DNA of 64,000 nt from Spirochaetales bacterium (lineage in GTDB: Bacteria > Spirochaetota > Spirochaetia > UBA9216), in contig JAEKNX010000002.1 in the NCBI GenBank assembly GCA_016839055.1, forward strand, positions 377,451 to 441,450, written 5' to 3'. The notes beneath the pieces are model-generated. The model had not been told where the DNA came from. It saw only the letters and a program-made list of their open reading frames with translations, and ran no database searches. Positions 30,152-40,132 of the stretch are shown piece after piece. Every line of letters begins with the position of its first letter. Within the stretch, counting starts at the first letter, position 1. The position numbers and the translations under genes were made by a program.

Positions 30152-31803
30152 TAAAAAAGATTTTAAAAAGCAGACTCTTTATTCCGCTGCTGCTTCTGGC
30201 AGCCGTCGGAGGCTTCTTCGGTGTAAACGCTTATAATTATTACAGATTTCCCGCCATTACCGGTATTGAACCCAGCGTTGCCTATCCTGGTGAGCTTATA
30301 TCAATATATGGCTCATTTTTCGGCAATTCAAGAAACGGTGCCGAGGTTAGAATCGCGGGTGGCAGGCCTCTGTCGCATTCCTATCAAAACTGGAGCGATA
30401 ATCTGATAATAGTTCAGGTTCCTTCTGACGTAGGATCAGGAATGGTCACCGTTGAGACCCGCAGAGGCCTGAGCAACGGAGTTCTTTTTACAAATCGTGA
30501 ACATATACCGATAATACTCTCAGGCCCCCAGAAACCCGGATATCCTTATCTTGAAGCCGCTGAGCCCGAGAGCGGTTCCGTCGGAGCTATGGTGACTATA
30601 AGCGGCCTTAATTTCAGCCACGAGAGGGGGAATGCCGCAGTTTTCTTTACAGCGGCAGGGGTTAGTGATGATAATTTAATAGGAGATGATGCACTCTCCG
30701 GGATGATAGAGTGTTCCGAGATTGATTACGATTATGAGAGCTGGGATGAACAGCAGATACAGGTTTTTATCCCGGACGGCGCGTCTTCCGGTAATATCAG
30801 AATACAGACTGACCGAGGAATCAGTAACGCTCTTTACTTCGAGGTGACAGGCAGCGCCGGAACCAAGACTTTCTTTGATAAAATGGGTTTTCAGGTGGAG
30901 TACGGAATAGATATATCCGGAGTCGACGGAGATGTTTCTAATGGTCTTGATTTATGGGTACCGGCCGTCCGTTTCGGACTGGAGCAGAGGAATGTTGAAA
31001 CTGTCACTGAGCCTGTTCCGTTGTGGAATGACTATATGGGAATAATGCGCTACCATCTGGATAACCTGAACCGGGATCAGACATATTCTGTCTCAATCAA
31101 ATCATGGCTCGAGCGCTACAATGTTGAGACGAGGATAGTTATTCCCAAGGTTAAGAGCTGGTATAATGAAGATCGCAGACTATATAAGGTCTATACAGCA
31201 CCTGAAGAGCAGATACCTTCGGATGATCAGGTGATAATTGATAACGCCGCTGCGGCCGTTAGGCGTGAGAGTAATCCCTATCTTAAGGCCTCCGCAATTT
31301 ATAAATATTTGCTGAAGAAAATGAAATATATGAATAGAGTCTCCTCATCGTCAGTGGTGAAAAGCCTTGAGGCAGGCGAAGGTGACTCTTATACCTACAG
31401 TATTCTGTTTACTGCGCTCTGTAGGGCCTCAGGCATTCCTGCGAGGCCGGCGACAGGTGTTCTTGTATATAATAATAAACAGGCCACTAATCATTATTGG
31501 GCTGAGTTTTATATAGACGCTTTTGGATGGATTCCTGTCGATCCCGCTCTCGGCGACGGGGCGAGGTTCGGAAATTTTCCCATAGATGAAGATCTTGATC
31601 CCGTCGAGTATTACTTCGGCAACCTCGATAATCATCATATCAATCTCACGAGGGGTATTGTTCCCGTGAAACAGATAGCTCCCGACGGACGCATCTCCGG
31701 CAGGAAGGGAAATTACTCACTTCAGACAATTTATGAAGAATCAATCGGAATAAAGAGCTATTCATCTTACTGGAGAGCTGTTAGAATTGTTGATTGGTGG
31801 TAG
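30148..31803 (+). CDS. Membrane-anchored protein with two IPT/TIG domains and a transglutaminase-like domain
   Basis: ITGIEPSVAYPGELISIYG and AEPESGSVGAMVTISG IPT motifs; GDSYTYSILFTALCRASGIPAR, HYWAE and WIPVDP. Confidence 0.82.
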   Translation: MIKKILKSRLFIPLLLLAAVGGFFGVNAYNYYRFPAITGIEPSVAYPGELISIYGSFFGNSRNGAEVRIAGGRPLSHSYQNWSDNLIIVQVPSDVGSGMVTVETRRGLSNGVLFTNREHIPIILSGPQKPGYPYLEAAEPESGSVGAMVTISGLNFSHERGNAAVFFTAAGVSDDNLIGDDALSGMIECSEIDYDYESWDEQQIQVFIPDGASSGNIRIQTDRGISNALYFEVTGSAGTKTFFDKMGFQVEYGIDISGVDGDVSNGLDLWVPAVRFGLEQRNVETVTEPVPLWNDYMGIMRYHLDNLNRDQTYSVSIKSWLERYNVETRIVIPKVKSWYNEDRRLYKVYTAPEEQIPSDDQVIIDNAAAAVRRESNPYLKASAIYKYLLKKMKYMNRVSSSSVVKSLEAGEGDSYTYSILFTALCRASGIPARPATGVLVYNNKQATNHYWAEFYIDAFGWIPVDPALGDGARFGNFPIDEDLDPVEYYFGNLDNHHINLTRGIVPVKQIAPDGRISGRKGNYSLQTIYEESIGIKSYSSYWRAVRIVDWW

Positions 31804-31919
31804 AGGTCTTTTTGTATTGTAAAAATTGCATCTTGATTTCCTTTCGATTGTGTTTATGATTAAGGGTGTCAAAGCCGATATTATAGAAGACGTAAAAAAT
31901 ATTTCTGGTTAGGTGGGGT

Positions 31920-33152
31920 ATGGATAATCCTTTACAACTCTCTTTACAGACTTTCCGCAAGGGCTCGTACATCATAGTTGAGGGCAAACAGAAAGCTGAT
32001 TATTTTTACATTATCCGGAACGGTAAAGTTAGGGTAAGTAAAGAAGTTGAAATTGTCGAGGAAGTTGGCGGAAATGTTCTTTCCCCCGGTGATTTCTTTG
32101 GAGTTGTTTCAACAATGTCTTCACATAGTCATATCGAAACTGCACAGGCGCTCACGGACTGCGCTCTTATAACGGTTCACCGGGAACAGTATGGGCTTCT
32201 TATTGAACGAAATGCTCCGGTTGCCATGAAGATTATTCAGCAGTTTTCTCAGAAGATGCGTTATCTTGATGAAGCATTAACAAGGATCACATTTAAAACC
32301 ACAGCAGTGGATGATCTGTCTCATCTTTTCAAGGTTGCCGAGTATTACGCAAGGCAGAGCCAGTATAATCAGGCTTATTACGCATACCATCAGTATATTA
32401 AGTATTGTCCTGATGGTGTTAACCTGAATGTCGCCAAGGAGCGGATGGCAAAGATACAACCTTATTCAAAGGTCGTCTATCTTGACGATGATGAAAAGAA
32501 CTTCAGCAGAACCTATCCCAAAGATACAATGATTTTCAGCGAAAGCCAGCCTGGTCAGGAGCTATATATTATTCAGAAGGGTAGTGTTAAAATTTCGAAG
32601 ATTGTTAACGATAATGAGCAGCTGCTTGCACTGCTGAAGCCCGGTGATATTTTCGGCGAGATGTCGCTGCTTGAAAATAAACCGAGATCGGCTTCAGCGA
32701 TTGCCCATGATGAGACAGTGCTGATGGCTGTAAATAACGCTAATTTCAATAGAATGGTTGCGTCCCAGCCTCAGATAATCTCTAAACTGACTCAGCTTCT
32801 GTCCGAGCGTATCTGGTTTATCTATAAACAGCTTGCGAATACTCAGTTAAGTGACTCTCTCGGGCGAATGTATGACACGCTTCTTATTCAGCTTGAAAAA
32901 CTCAGAATTCCGATGGGCCCGCAGGCATACACCTTTGATTTCGGGCCTCAGGAGCTTATTAACCTTGTCGGACTGCCGAAGGATGAGGGTAACGTCCTTA
33001 TCCGGAAGATGTTTGAAAATACTAAAATCAAGATTGTAAATAACAAAATTCATCTGACAAGCACAGAAGAAGTAGAAAAACAGGCTAAATACTACAGGAA
33101 GATGGAAAGAATAGATAAATCACGGAAGAAAGGATCAATTTCCAATCTTTAA
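31920..33152 (+). CDS. Crp/Fnr-like protein with two cNMP-binding domains and a central TPR
   Basis: YFYIIRNGKVRV..PGDFFG and LYIIQKGSVKI..FGEMSLLENKPRSASA; TPR-like segment AEYYARQSQYNQAYYAY..YCP. Confidence 0.85.
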   Translation: MDNPLQLSLQTFRKGSYIIVEGKQKADYFYIIRNGKVRVSKEVEIVEEVGGNVLSPGDFFGVVSTMSSHSHIETAQALTDCALITVHREQYGLLIERNAPVAMKIIQQFSQKMRYLDEALTRITFKTTAVDDLSHLFKVAEYYARQSQYNQAYYAYHQYIKYCPDGVNLNVAKERMAKIQPYSKVVYLDDDEKNFSRTYPKDTMIFSESQPGQELYIIQKGSVKISKIVNDNEQLLALLKPGDIFGEMSLLENKPRSASAIAHDETVLMAVNNANFNRMVASQPQIISKLTQLLSERIWFIYKQLANTQLSDSLGRMYDTLLIQLEKLRIPMGPQAYTFDFGPQELINLVGLPKDEGNVLIRKMFENTKIKIVNNKIHLTSTEEVEKQAKYYRKMERIDKSRKKGSISNL

Positions 33153-33872
33153 TCTGTGATTTTTCGGAAAATAACAGTTGCCGGCACTTATTATACTGTC
33201 CCCCAGGAGTGATCTTCGGAGGGATATAAGCTGCTGGAAACTTCCCTCCAGAGCGATGATGAAGGTTATATTCCCCTGTATCGCAAGCCGTTCAGTAACC
33301 CGCTCCGAGAGTTCAGAGGCGGCAGCGTGAATGAATATTTTATCAAAGGCGATTATCTCTCCGAAAGCCCTCATGTCCGCGTTCTCCGCGATGTGGATAT
33401 TTTCAATTCCAAGTTCGGTATAAAGCTCCCTGTAAATTGAGACTCCTGAAGTCTCCTCTATCAGGTAAACCTCCGCGCATAGTCTGGAAAGAAGGGCGGC
33501 GGCATAGCCCGCATTATTACCCGCAATTAGAATAGTGTCATCAGAATCAGGAGAGAGAAGGCTTACCGCGGTAACCAGATCGCCGGGTGACGGGACTATA
33601 GCGCTGTCAAAACCCGGCAGAGCAATATCAGCATAGGCAATAGATCTGTAGGCAGCATCAATAAAGCGATGCCTGGGAATAAACTTTACAGTATCGATGA
33701 CGGTAGAGTTCAGTCCGCGGCCTGAGCGGCTGAGGACTCCGGCCAACTCACTGCTTTCGGCTGCGAAACTATCGGTTGTCGGGAGTTTGGTGCTCTGTGC
33801 CGCTGCGGAGGCTGTGATGATGAAGAAAATAAGTGCTGACGAAAAAATTCTGTTAAAACTATTATTTCTCAT
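33135..33872 (-). CDS. Protein-L-isoaspartate O-methyltransferase-like protein, divergent, with signal peptide
   Basis: IPRHRFI and AYADIALP motifs; degenerate SAM motif ILIAGNNAGYAAALL; FDKIFIHAA. Confidence 0.7.
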   Translation of the reverse strand: MRNNSFNRIFSSALIFFIITASAAAQSTKLPTTDSFAAESSELAGVLSRSGRGLNSTVIDTVKFIPRHRFIDAAYRSIAYADIALPGFDSAIVPSPGDLVTAVSLLSPDSDDTILIAGNNAGYAAALLSRLCAEVYLIEETSGVSIYRELYTELGIENIHIAENADMRAFGEIIAFDKIFIHAAASELSERVTERLAIQGNITFIIALEGSFQQLISLRRSLLGDSIISAGNCYFPKNHRLKIGN

Positions 33873-34009
33873 GTATAAAATCTATCACAGCAAGAGCACT
33901 TTCACAAGCTGAAGCCGAATAGCCGTTTGTCAAGACTGCCCTTAATATTGATGCTTTACCTCTTATCTGATAGTATCGGATTTTAATGTTAATGTACCGG
34001 AGTGTGAGA

Positions 34010-36655
34010 ATGAGTTCCAGTGAAATGCCTAAAGCGTTTAATCCAAAGGATTTTGAAGATAGAATTTATGCCTACTGGATGGAAAGCGGCAGTTTTAAAC
34101 CATCAGAGAGCGAAAAAGATCCCTTTGTTATTGTTATCCCGCCGCCAAATGTTACCGGCGTTCTTCATATGGGGCATGGACTCAATAATATTCTTCAGGA
34201 TGTCCTGATACGTTATCACCGAATGAAGGGCAGACCCACACTCTGGGTTCCCGGAACTGATCATGCGGGAATAGCAACTCAGAATATAGTCGAGAAGAAA
34301 CTCCGAGCCCGCGGAATCGATCGGCATGAACTGGGCCGGGAGAAATTTGTAGAAGAAACCTGGAAGGTGAAGGAAGAGCACCATACCATAATAAAGAAAC
34401 AGCTTCAGAAGATAGGCTCCTCCTGTGACTGGAGCCGCGAGCGCTTCACCCTCGATGATGGCTGCTCCAAGGCTGTCCGCGAGGTTTTTGTAGGCCTGTA
34501 TGAGAGAGGTCTCGTTTATAAGGGCAATTATCTGGTAAACTGGTGTCCGTCCTGCGGAACTGCCCTCGCCGATGATGAGGTCGAGCACCATGAGGTAAAC
34601 GGCAAAATGTATCATTATCATTATCTTCTTGAGGATGGTAGCGGGAAAATCGAGATTGCCACAACAAGGCCTGAGACTATGCTAGGCGACAGCGCTGTAG
34701 CGGTTAATCCTGAAGACGACCGATACAAGGCCCTCGTAGGCAAGAATGTCAGGCTTCCTCTGACTGACAGGATTATCCCGATAATTGCCGATTCCTATGT
34801 CTCCATGGAGTTTGGAACAGGTGCCGTAAAGATTACTCCGGCCCATGATCCTAATGACTGGGATATTGGCAACCGTCATAATCTAGAAAGAATAAATATA
34901 TTAAACGAAAACGCAACACTCAATAATAATGTCCCCGAAAAATATCGCGGAATGGATGTTAAAACCGCCCGTAAGGCCGTTGTAGAGGATCTGAAGGCCG
35001 AAGGGCTCTATCTTAGTGACAAAGACCATCTGCACCAGGTCGGACACTGCTACCGCTGTAATACGATAGTCGAACCCTATCTTTCGAAGCAGTGGTTCGT
35101 AGCCATGAAGCAGATGGCAGGTAAGGCGATTTCAGCCTGGGAAAAGGAAGAGGTTATATTCTATCCCAGGAAGTGGGAAAATACATACAAGCACTGGATG
35201 ACAACAATCCGCGACTGGTGTATTTCACGCCAGCTCTGGTGGGGGCATAGAATCCCTGTCTGGTACTGCGACGACTGCGGCGAGATGATTGTAGCAAGGG
35301 AAGAACCGAAGGTCTGCCCAAAGTGCGGAAGTAATGCTTTAACCCAGGACAGCGACGTCCTTGATACCTGGTTTTCGTCCTGGCTTTGGCCTTTTTCAAC
35401 TATGGGCTGGCCCGATAAGACAGATGACCTGTCTAGATATTTCCCGACAAGTACTCTTGTAACCGGATATGACATTATTTTCTTCTGGGTTGCAAGGATG
35501 ATAATGGCCTCACTCGAGTTTCAGGGGAAGGTGCCATTCAGGGATATCTATATAACAGGACTTGTACGTGACAAGACAGGACGAAAGATGTCAAAATCTC
35601 TGGGTAACGGCCTTGACCCGCTGGAGATTGTGGATGAGTATGGAGCCGACGCGCTAAAATTTACCATGACCTTTCTTTCTGCTCAGGGACAGGATATCCT
35701 CATAGATACCGAATCATTTAAGCTCGGCTCGAAGTTTGCAAACAAGGTTTGGAACGCATCCCGCTACATCATGATGAATGTCGAGGGGCGCAACATCATT
35801 GCGTTCGAGCAGATTGAATTAAAAGAAATTGATAAATGGATTCTTCACAGGCTCAATGAGAGCATAAAGGCTGGTGATGAGGCTCTTGCGGTCTACCGCT
35901 TCAATGATTTTGCCCAGGTTGGTTATGAGTTCTTCTGGAACGATTTCTGTGACTGGTACATTGAAGCCTCAAAGCTGTCGCTCTACAGCAAGGATGAGGG
36001 AGAGAAAGACCGAGCTATCTCGATACTCGTCTATGTTCTTGAGCAGTCGCTTAAGATGCTTCACCCCTATCTGTCATTTATTACAGAAGAGATATATCAG
36101 AAGCTTCCGCAGACCGATGGAGCACTTATAACAGCCGAATATCCAGAAGTAAAGGACGCTTGGAGTTTTCCCGAAACTGCGGATTGTTTCAGTCTGCTCC
36201 AGGATCTTATAAGGGGAATCAGGACCCTCAGGTCCGAGTTCACAATCCCGCCTGAGAAGAAAATTCCGGTTACTGTCTTCATGGCAGAGGGGTTCAGGGC
36301 GGAATCATTCTTTACCTCGCACGAGGCTCTTATAGCCCAGCTTGTAAATACTGATGAGCTTTTACTCACTACCGTTAAGCCTGATCCGAGTGGAAGTGTT
36401 GCCGCAGCTGGTACCGGATTCGAGGCCTTTGTCTATATCCGAGAGGTTATCGACATAGAGAAGGAAATTGTAAAGCTCCGGAAGGAGAAGGACAAGATGG
36501 AGAAGATGGCGGGGCAGACTTCCGGGAAGCTTGGAAATGAAAAATTCTTATCCAATGCTCCGGAAGATGTTATTGAAAAAGAAAAAAGCAAACTCGCCGA
36601 GTTCAAAGAAAGAGCTGAGAAGATCAGCTTCTACATTGCCGAGCTTGAGAAATAG
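34010..36655 (+). CDS. valS: Valine-tRNA ligase
   Basis: PPPNVTGVLHMGH, DWCISRQLWWGH, KMSKS and a C-terminal coiled coil. Confidence 0.98.
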   Translation: MSSSEMPKAFNPKDFEDRIYAYWMESGSFKPSESEKDPFVIVIPPPNVTGVLHMGHGLNNILQDVLIRYHRMKGRPTLWVPGTDHAGIATQNIVEKKLRARGIDRHELGREKFVEETWKVKEEHHTIIKKQLQKIGSSCDWSRERFTLDDGCSKAVREVFVGLYERGLVYKGNYLVNWCPSCGTALADDEVEHHEVNGKMYHYHYLLEDGSGKIEIATTRPETMLGDSAVAVNPEDDRYKALVGKNVRLPLTDRIIPIIADSYVSMEFGTGAVKITPAHDPNDWDIGNRHNLERINILNENATLNNNVPEKYRGMDVKTARKAVVEDLKAEGLYLSDKDHLHQVGHCYRCNTIVEPYLSKQWFVAMKQMAGKAISAWEKEEVIFYPRKWENTYKHWMTTIRDWCISRQLWWGHRIPVWYCDDCGEMIVAREEPKVCPKCGSNALTQDSDVLDTWFSSWLWPFSTMGWPDKTDDLSRYFPTSTLVTGYDIIFFWVARMIMASLEFQGKVPFRDIYITGLVRDKTGRKMSKSLGNGLDPLEIVDEYGADALKFTMTFLSAQGQDILIDTESFKLGSKFANKVWNASRYIMMNVEGRNIIAFEQIELKEIDKWILHRLNESIKAGDEALAVYRFNDFAQVGYEFFWNDFCDWYIEASKLSLYSKDEGEKDRAISILVYVLEQSLKMLHPYLSFITEEIYQKLPQTDGALITAEYPEVKDAWSFPETADCFSLLQDLIRGIRTLRSEFTIPPEKKIPVTVFMAEGFRAESFFTSHEALIAQLVNTDELLLTTVKPDPSGSVAAAGTGFEAFVYIREVIDIEKEIVKLRKEKDKMEKMAGQTSGKLGNEKFLSNAPEDVIEKEKSKLAEFKERAEKISFYIAELEK

Positions 36656-36690
36656 TATATTCATTAGGCGAATTTCCAAAATCATATAAT

Positions 36691-36735
36691 TCAATAAAAA
36701 AGGCTGTCTCCGAACCGGGCGGCCTTTTTTATTGA
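36691..36735. terminator. Bidirectional terminator downstream of valS
   Basis: TCAATAAAAAAGGCTGTC...GGCGGCCTTTTTTATTGA. Confidence 0.85.
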
Positions 36736-36849
36736 GAAAGATTTATAAGGAAGCTGCTCCTGTTTTCGGGGAACTAATAACTTAGTGTTTGCCGCATGTT
36801 ATTTCAATAATGAATAGGCAAAAAGCAAATATACTATGGCGAGGCTTTG

Positions 36850-37362
36850 TTAATCTTGAACTTCGGTGACCAAGGCATCAAAGAGGGTCATCATGTCCTC
36901 ATTGGTCTTGCGGAGGCGTCCGGCAAGAATTTTGGAAATTACCCTGGTAACGGATAAACCTATGTGAGGATCGGAATCTCCTAGGCTGAGAAAGTTCTCC
37001 TTCCCTATGACTAGGGTTTCAGAGTTTTCTTTAGCTACAACAGAAGCCGAACGTTTGTCGTCATCGATCAGAGCCAGTTCTCCTATGAAGATGTTATACT
37101 CAGCCTTCAGGCTGGTTACTACGTAGTCGTCGCCGGCCATTGTTTTCTTTAGAATATCTACACTGCCTTCAAGAAGGATGAAGAGCTCATCACCCATTTC
37201 CCCTTCCTTGATAATGTAATCACCCTTGTGAAACTTTCTGAGCGAACTAACTTCAATGACTCTTTTCATCGCAACTTCATTGTCCTTGATGGCTTCAAAG
37301 AGGGCTATGTTTTTTAATTTTTCCAGGTACAGTCCGGATACTGCTTGATTAAATATTCCCAT
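36850..37362 (-). CDS. Stand-alone cyclic-nucleotide-binding domain protein
   Basis: IIKEGEMGDELFIL and FIGELALIDDDKRSASV phosphate-binding cassette. Confidence 0.9.
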   Translation of the reverse strand: MGIFNQAVSGLYLEKLKNIALFEAIKDNEVAMKRVIEVSSLRKFHKGDYIIKEGEMGDELFILLEGSVDILKKTMAGDDYVVTSLKAEYNIFIGELALIDDDKRSASVVAKENSETLVIGKENFLSLGDSDPHIGLSVTRVISKILAGRLRKTNEDMMTLFDALVTEVQD

Positions 37363-37371
37363 AATGTCCCC

Positions 37372-38595
37372 TTAAATCGCCGCTTCAGCGACAGACATCT
37401 CGGCTTTAATGTATGCGCAGCGTTCTATTACAATGGCTTTTGAGTGTTTGGCGATGATGTAATCGTCGGACGGAATAAAAATTGGTTTGTTTATAGCAAG
37501 GCCTTTTACCTGTTGAAGATTTGTAACAAGTTTTGATATATCGGGTGTTTTCTGAGCCTCTCTTACAGCTTCCATCTTTACCTTGTTAGGAGAACCGGTG
37601 TTTTCCAGAATTCCGATTATTATTGTACTATTAATGTTGGTTGCTGTTCGGCGGTAATTTGCAAAACTGGATCCTATATACTCTTCTGGTATATCTAATG
37701 TGTTTATTCTTGTATTCGATTCGACATTCGAGATGAGGTGGTTGAGAATGTTGGAAAGTCCGTTAGTGATTGTGGTTCCGGCAAGCATCTGACGGTTTAA
37801 ATCTCTAGGAAATAGAATTTCATCGCAGAGAGCGTTCTTGAGGTAGGGCTCGTACTTATTATCAACAAGTTCGGCGCAGACATAGAGGTCTCTTGCCAGG
37901 GCTTTTATGGTGATGACTGTCATAACAGTCTTCGAGTCGGCCTCCGAGGAGCCTCTGCTTTCATATGTGTCGGCAAGAATAATAGCCTTGACGGCTTTTT
38001 GAATGTTAGCTCTTTTCAGCGTGTCTTCGGAGAAATAATCACCCCTAATATATTTAACCTTCTTTAGCTCGGGGGTTTCCTTAAGCGCTTCAATCTTGTC
38101 GGTTTCAATATTGGATATTATCACTATCTTGTCTGGCTGGGTATCCTCCGACAACATGAGAATATCTTTGAGTATGTCGCTCATATTATTTTTCCAGCCG
38201 CAAATTACTATATGATTGTTGAGTTTGGGAAAATCCATCAAACCCCTCCTTTTTCGGGTATTGCGTTCGACAAATACTGAAGCGAATGTACCTGAGAGCA
38301 AGCTGACAAGGGCCATGCCGCCGAAGATGGCTATCATGGTTATTGTCTGGCCTGGAACGGTAACGGGTGACTTGTCACCATAGCCTACTGTGCTGAAAGT
38401 TACGACAGCCCACCAGATGCCGTCAAAAAATGTCGTAAACTGGTCGTTTTGGCCTACTTCAATGAACGTAATAATTGCAGCGGTGCCGCCGAACAGAAGA
38501 ACGAAAAGTATAGTCAGTTTATAAAACGGAGACTCTGTGAAAGTGTCGAAAATGTGTTTTATTTTTTTTCTTGTTTGTTTTAATTTCATCTTCAT
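37372..38595 (-). CDS. Potassium channel (2TM pore plus RCK/TrkA-N domain)
   Basis: WWAVVTFSTVGYGDK selectivity filter and NHIVICGW RCK motif. Confidence 0.92.
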   Translation of the reverse strand: MKMKLKQTRKKIKHIFDTFTESPFYKLTILFVLLFGGTAAIITFIEVGQNDQFTTFFDGIWWAVVTFSTVGYGDKSPVTVPGQTITMIAIFGGMALVSLLSGTFASVFVERNTRKRRGLMDFPKLNNHIVICGWKNNMSDILKDILMLSEDTQPDKIVIISNIETDKIEALKETPELKKVKYIRGDYFSEDTLKRANIQKAVKAIILADTYESRGSSEADSKTVMTVITIKALARDLYVCAELVDNKYEPYLKNALCDEILFPRDLNRQMLAGTTITNGLSNILNHLISNVESNTRINTLDIPEEYIGSSFANYRRTATNINSTIIIGILENTGSPNKVKMEAVREAQKTPDISKLVTNLQQVKGLAINKPIFIPSDDYIIAKHSKAIVIERCAYIKAEMSVAEAAI

Positions 38596-38719
38596 TTCTT
38601 AATAGGATATTAAACAAAGTGAGCAGAATTGGCAAGAGTAATTATCAATTGTCGTAAAAATGGAATTGGTGAAGAAAAAAAATGACAGATGTAAATAATG
38701 CGTATATACAGGAGGGTTT

Positions 38720-38788
38720 ATGTCTGAATCCAAACCCACCGAGAGAACAGCTTTTATGGATTGGAATAAGCCTCCGATTGATTTTTAA
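38720..38788 (+). CDS. Candidate 22-aa small protein (not in ORF track)
   Basis: SD AGGAGG (38710-15), then MSESKPTERTAFMDWNKPPIDF*, followed at once by a terminator. Confidence 0.4.
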   Translation: MSESKPTERTAFMDWNKPPIDF

Positions 38789-38797
38789 ATAAAGTAG

Positions 38798-38832
38798 AAA
38801 AAGGCCAGAGATTGACTCTCCGGCCTTTTTTT
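38798..38832. terminator. Bidirectional terminator (uraA and the small ORF)
   Basis: AAAAAGGCCAGAGA...CTCTCCGGCCTTTTTTT. Confidence 0.8.
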
Positions 38833-38863
38833 ACTTTGCCCAGCGAAGCTGGCAACCTCCGTT

Positions 38864-40132
38864 CTACTCGTTTTCGTTGCTTAGACCAGTCTTGTCAATG
38901 AGCAAGAAAAAGAGACTCAGAACAATGGCTGCAACAGTTGCAAGACCCATTCCTTCGAGCTCGACAGGCCCTATTGCTATTTTAGCTTCACCTACGCCGA
39001 GTATGAGGATTACCGCCGTATATATCAGGTTGCGGGTATTTCCGTAGTCAACCTTTGATTCAATGAGCATCCTGAGTCCGGAGGCTGCTATCATTCCGAA
39101 CAACAGTATTGAAACGCCACCCATTACAGCGGTAGGCATTGCAATGATGATTGCACTGACCTTCCCGCTGAATGAAAGGACTATGGAGAAGATTGCGGCT
39201 CCGCCTATTACCCAGACAGAGTAAACCTTGGTAAGTGCCATCACTCCAACGTTTTCACCATAGGTCGTAACAGGCATTCCTCCAAAGGCTGATGAGAGAA
39301 TTGTTCCAACACCATTTCCGATATAGGATCTCGAGAGGCCCTTGTCTTTTCTGATGAGCGATCTGCCAACTATTTTCTCGGTAACAGTCAGATCTCCAAC
39401 ATGTTCTGCAAGAACGACGAGGGCTGCAGGAGCAATAACCATAATCGCCCTGAAGCTGAACTTCGGTGTTACGAAGGTCGGAACCTGAAACCACGGCGCG
39501 GCTGTTATACTGCTTGTGTCAACCATTCCCTGAGTCATGGAGAATAGATAGCCCGCAACAACCGCTATGAGTATCGGGACTACTCTCATGAATCCTCTGA
39601 AGACCACGCTGACGACTATAGCAACTGTTAGCGTAAACACGGACACTAAAATTGTTTTACCGGCCATCTCCGGAGCAACTGAACCCGGAACAAGACCCGC
39701 GAGCCCTGCAGCAAATCTTGCCAGACTAAGGCCTATTACCGCCACAACCGAACCCATTGCCGCGGGCGGCAATATGAAATCTATCCAGCCCATGCCTACT
39801 TTGTCGACAATAATACCGGCAGCGATAAACACTATCCCTATTACGATACAGCCGCTCATGGCCGCTGCCTGTCCTTCTATCGCCGTTATTGCGGCTATTC
39901 CAGCAATAAATGCGGCACTTGGTCCGAGAAAAGCCGGAATTTTGCCTCTCGTTATTACTATGTACAGTAGGGTACCAATTCCATTGAAAAGCAGCTGAAG
40001 CGCAGGGCTTATTCCTACGATCATCGGAACAAGGACTGAAGCTCCGAACATTGCAAATAGATGTTGAAAAGACAGCGGAATGGTCTGGATTATCGATAAT
40101 CTTTCATCTACCTGTATCTCTCTTCTTGCCAT
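38864..40132 (-). CDS. uraA: Uracil permease (NCS2/UraA family)
   Basis: QHLFAMFGA, EHVGD and PVTTYGENVGVMALT signature. Confidence 0.92.
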   Translation of the reverse strand: MARREIQVDERLSIIQTIPLSFQHLFAMFGASVLVPMIVGISPALQLLFNGIGTLLYIVITRGKIPAFLGPSAAFIAGIAAITAIEGQAAAMSGCIVIGIVFIAAGIIVDKVGMGWIDFILPPAAMGSVVAVIGLSLARFAAGLAGLVPGSVAPEMAGKTILVSVFTLTVAIVVSVVFRGFMRVVPILIAVVAGYLFSMTQGMVDTSSITAAPWFQVPTFVTPKFSFRAIMVIAPAALVVLAEHVGDLTVTEKIVGRSLIRKDKGLSRSYIGNGVGTILSSAFGGMPVTTYGENVGVMALTKVYSVWVIGGAAIFSIVLSFSGKVSAIIIAMPTAVMGGVSILLFGMIAASGLRMLIESKVDYGNTRNLIYTAVILILGVGEAKIAIGPVELEGMGLATVAAIVLSLFFLLIDKTGLSNENE

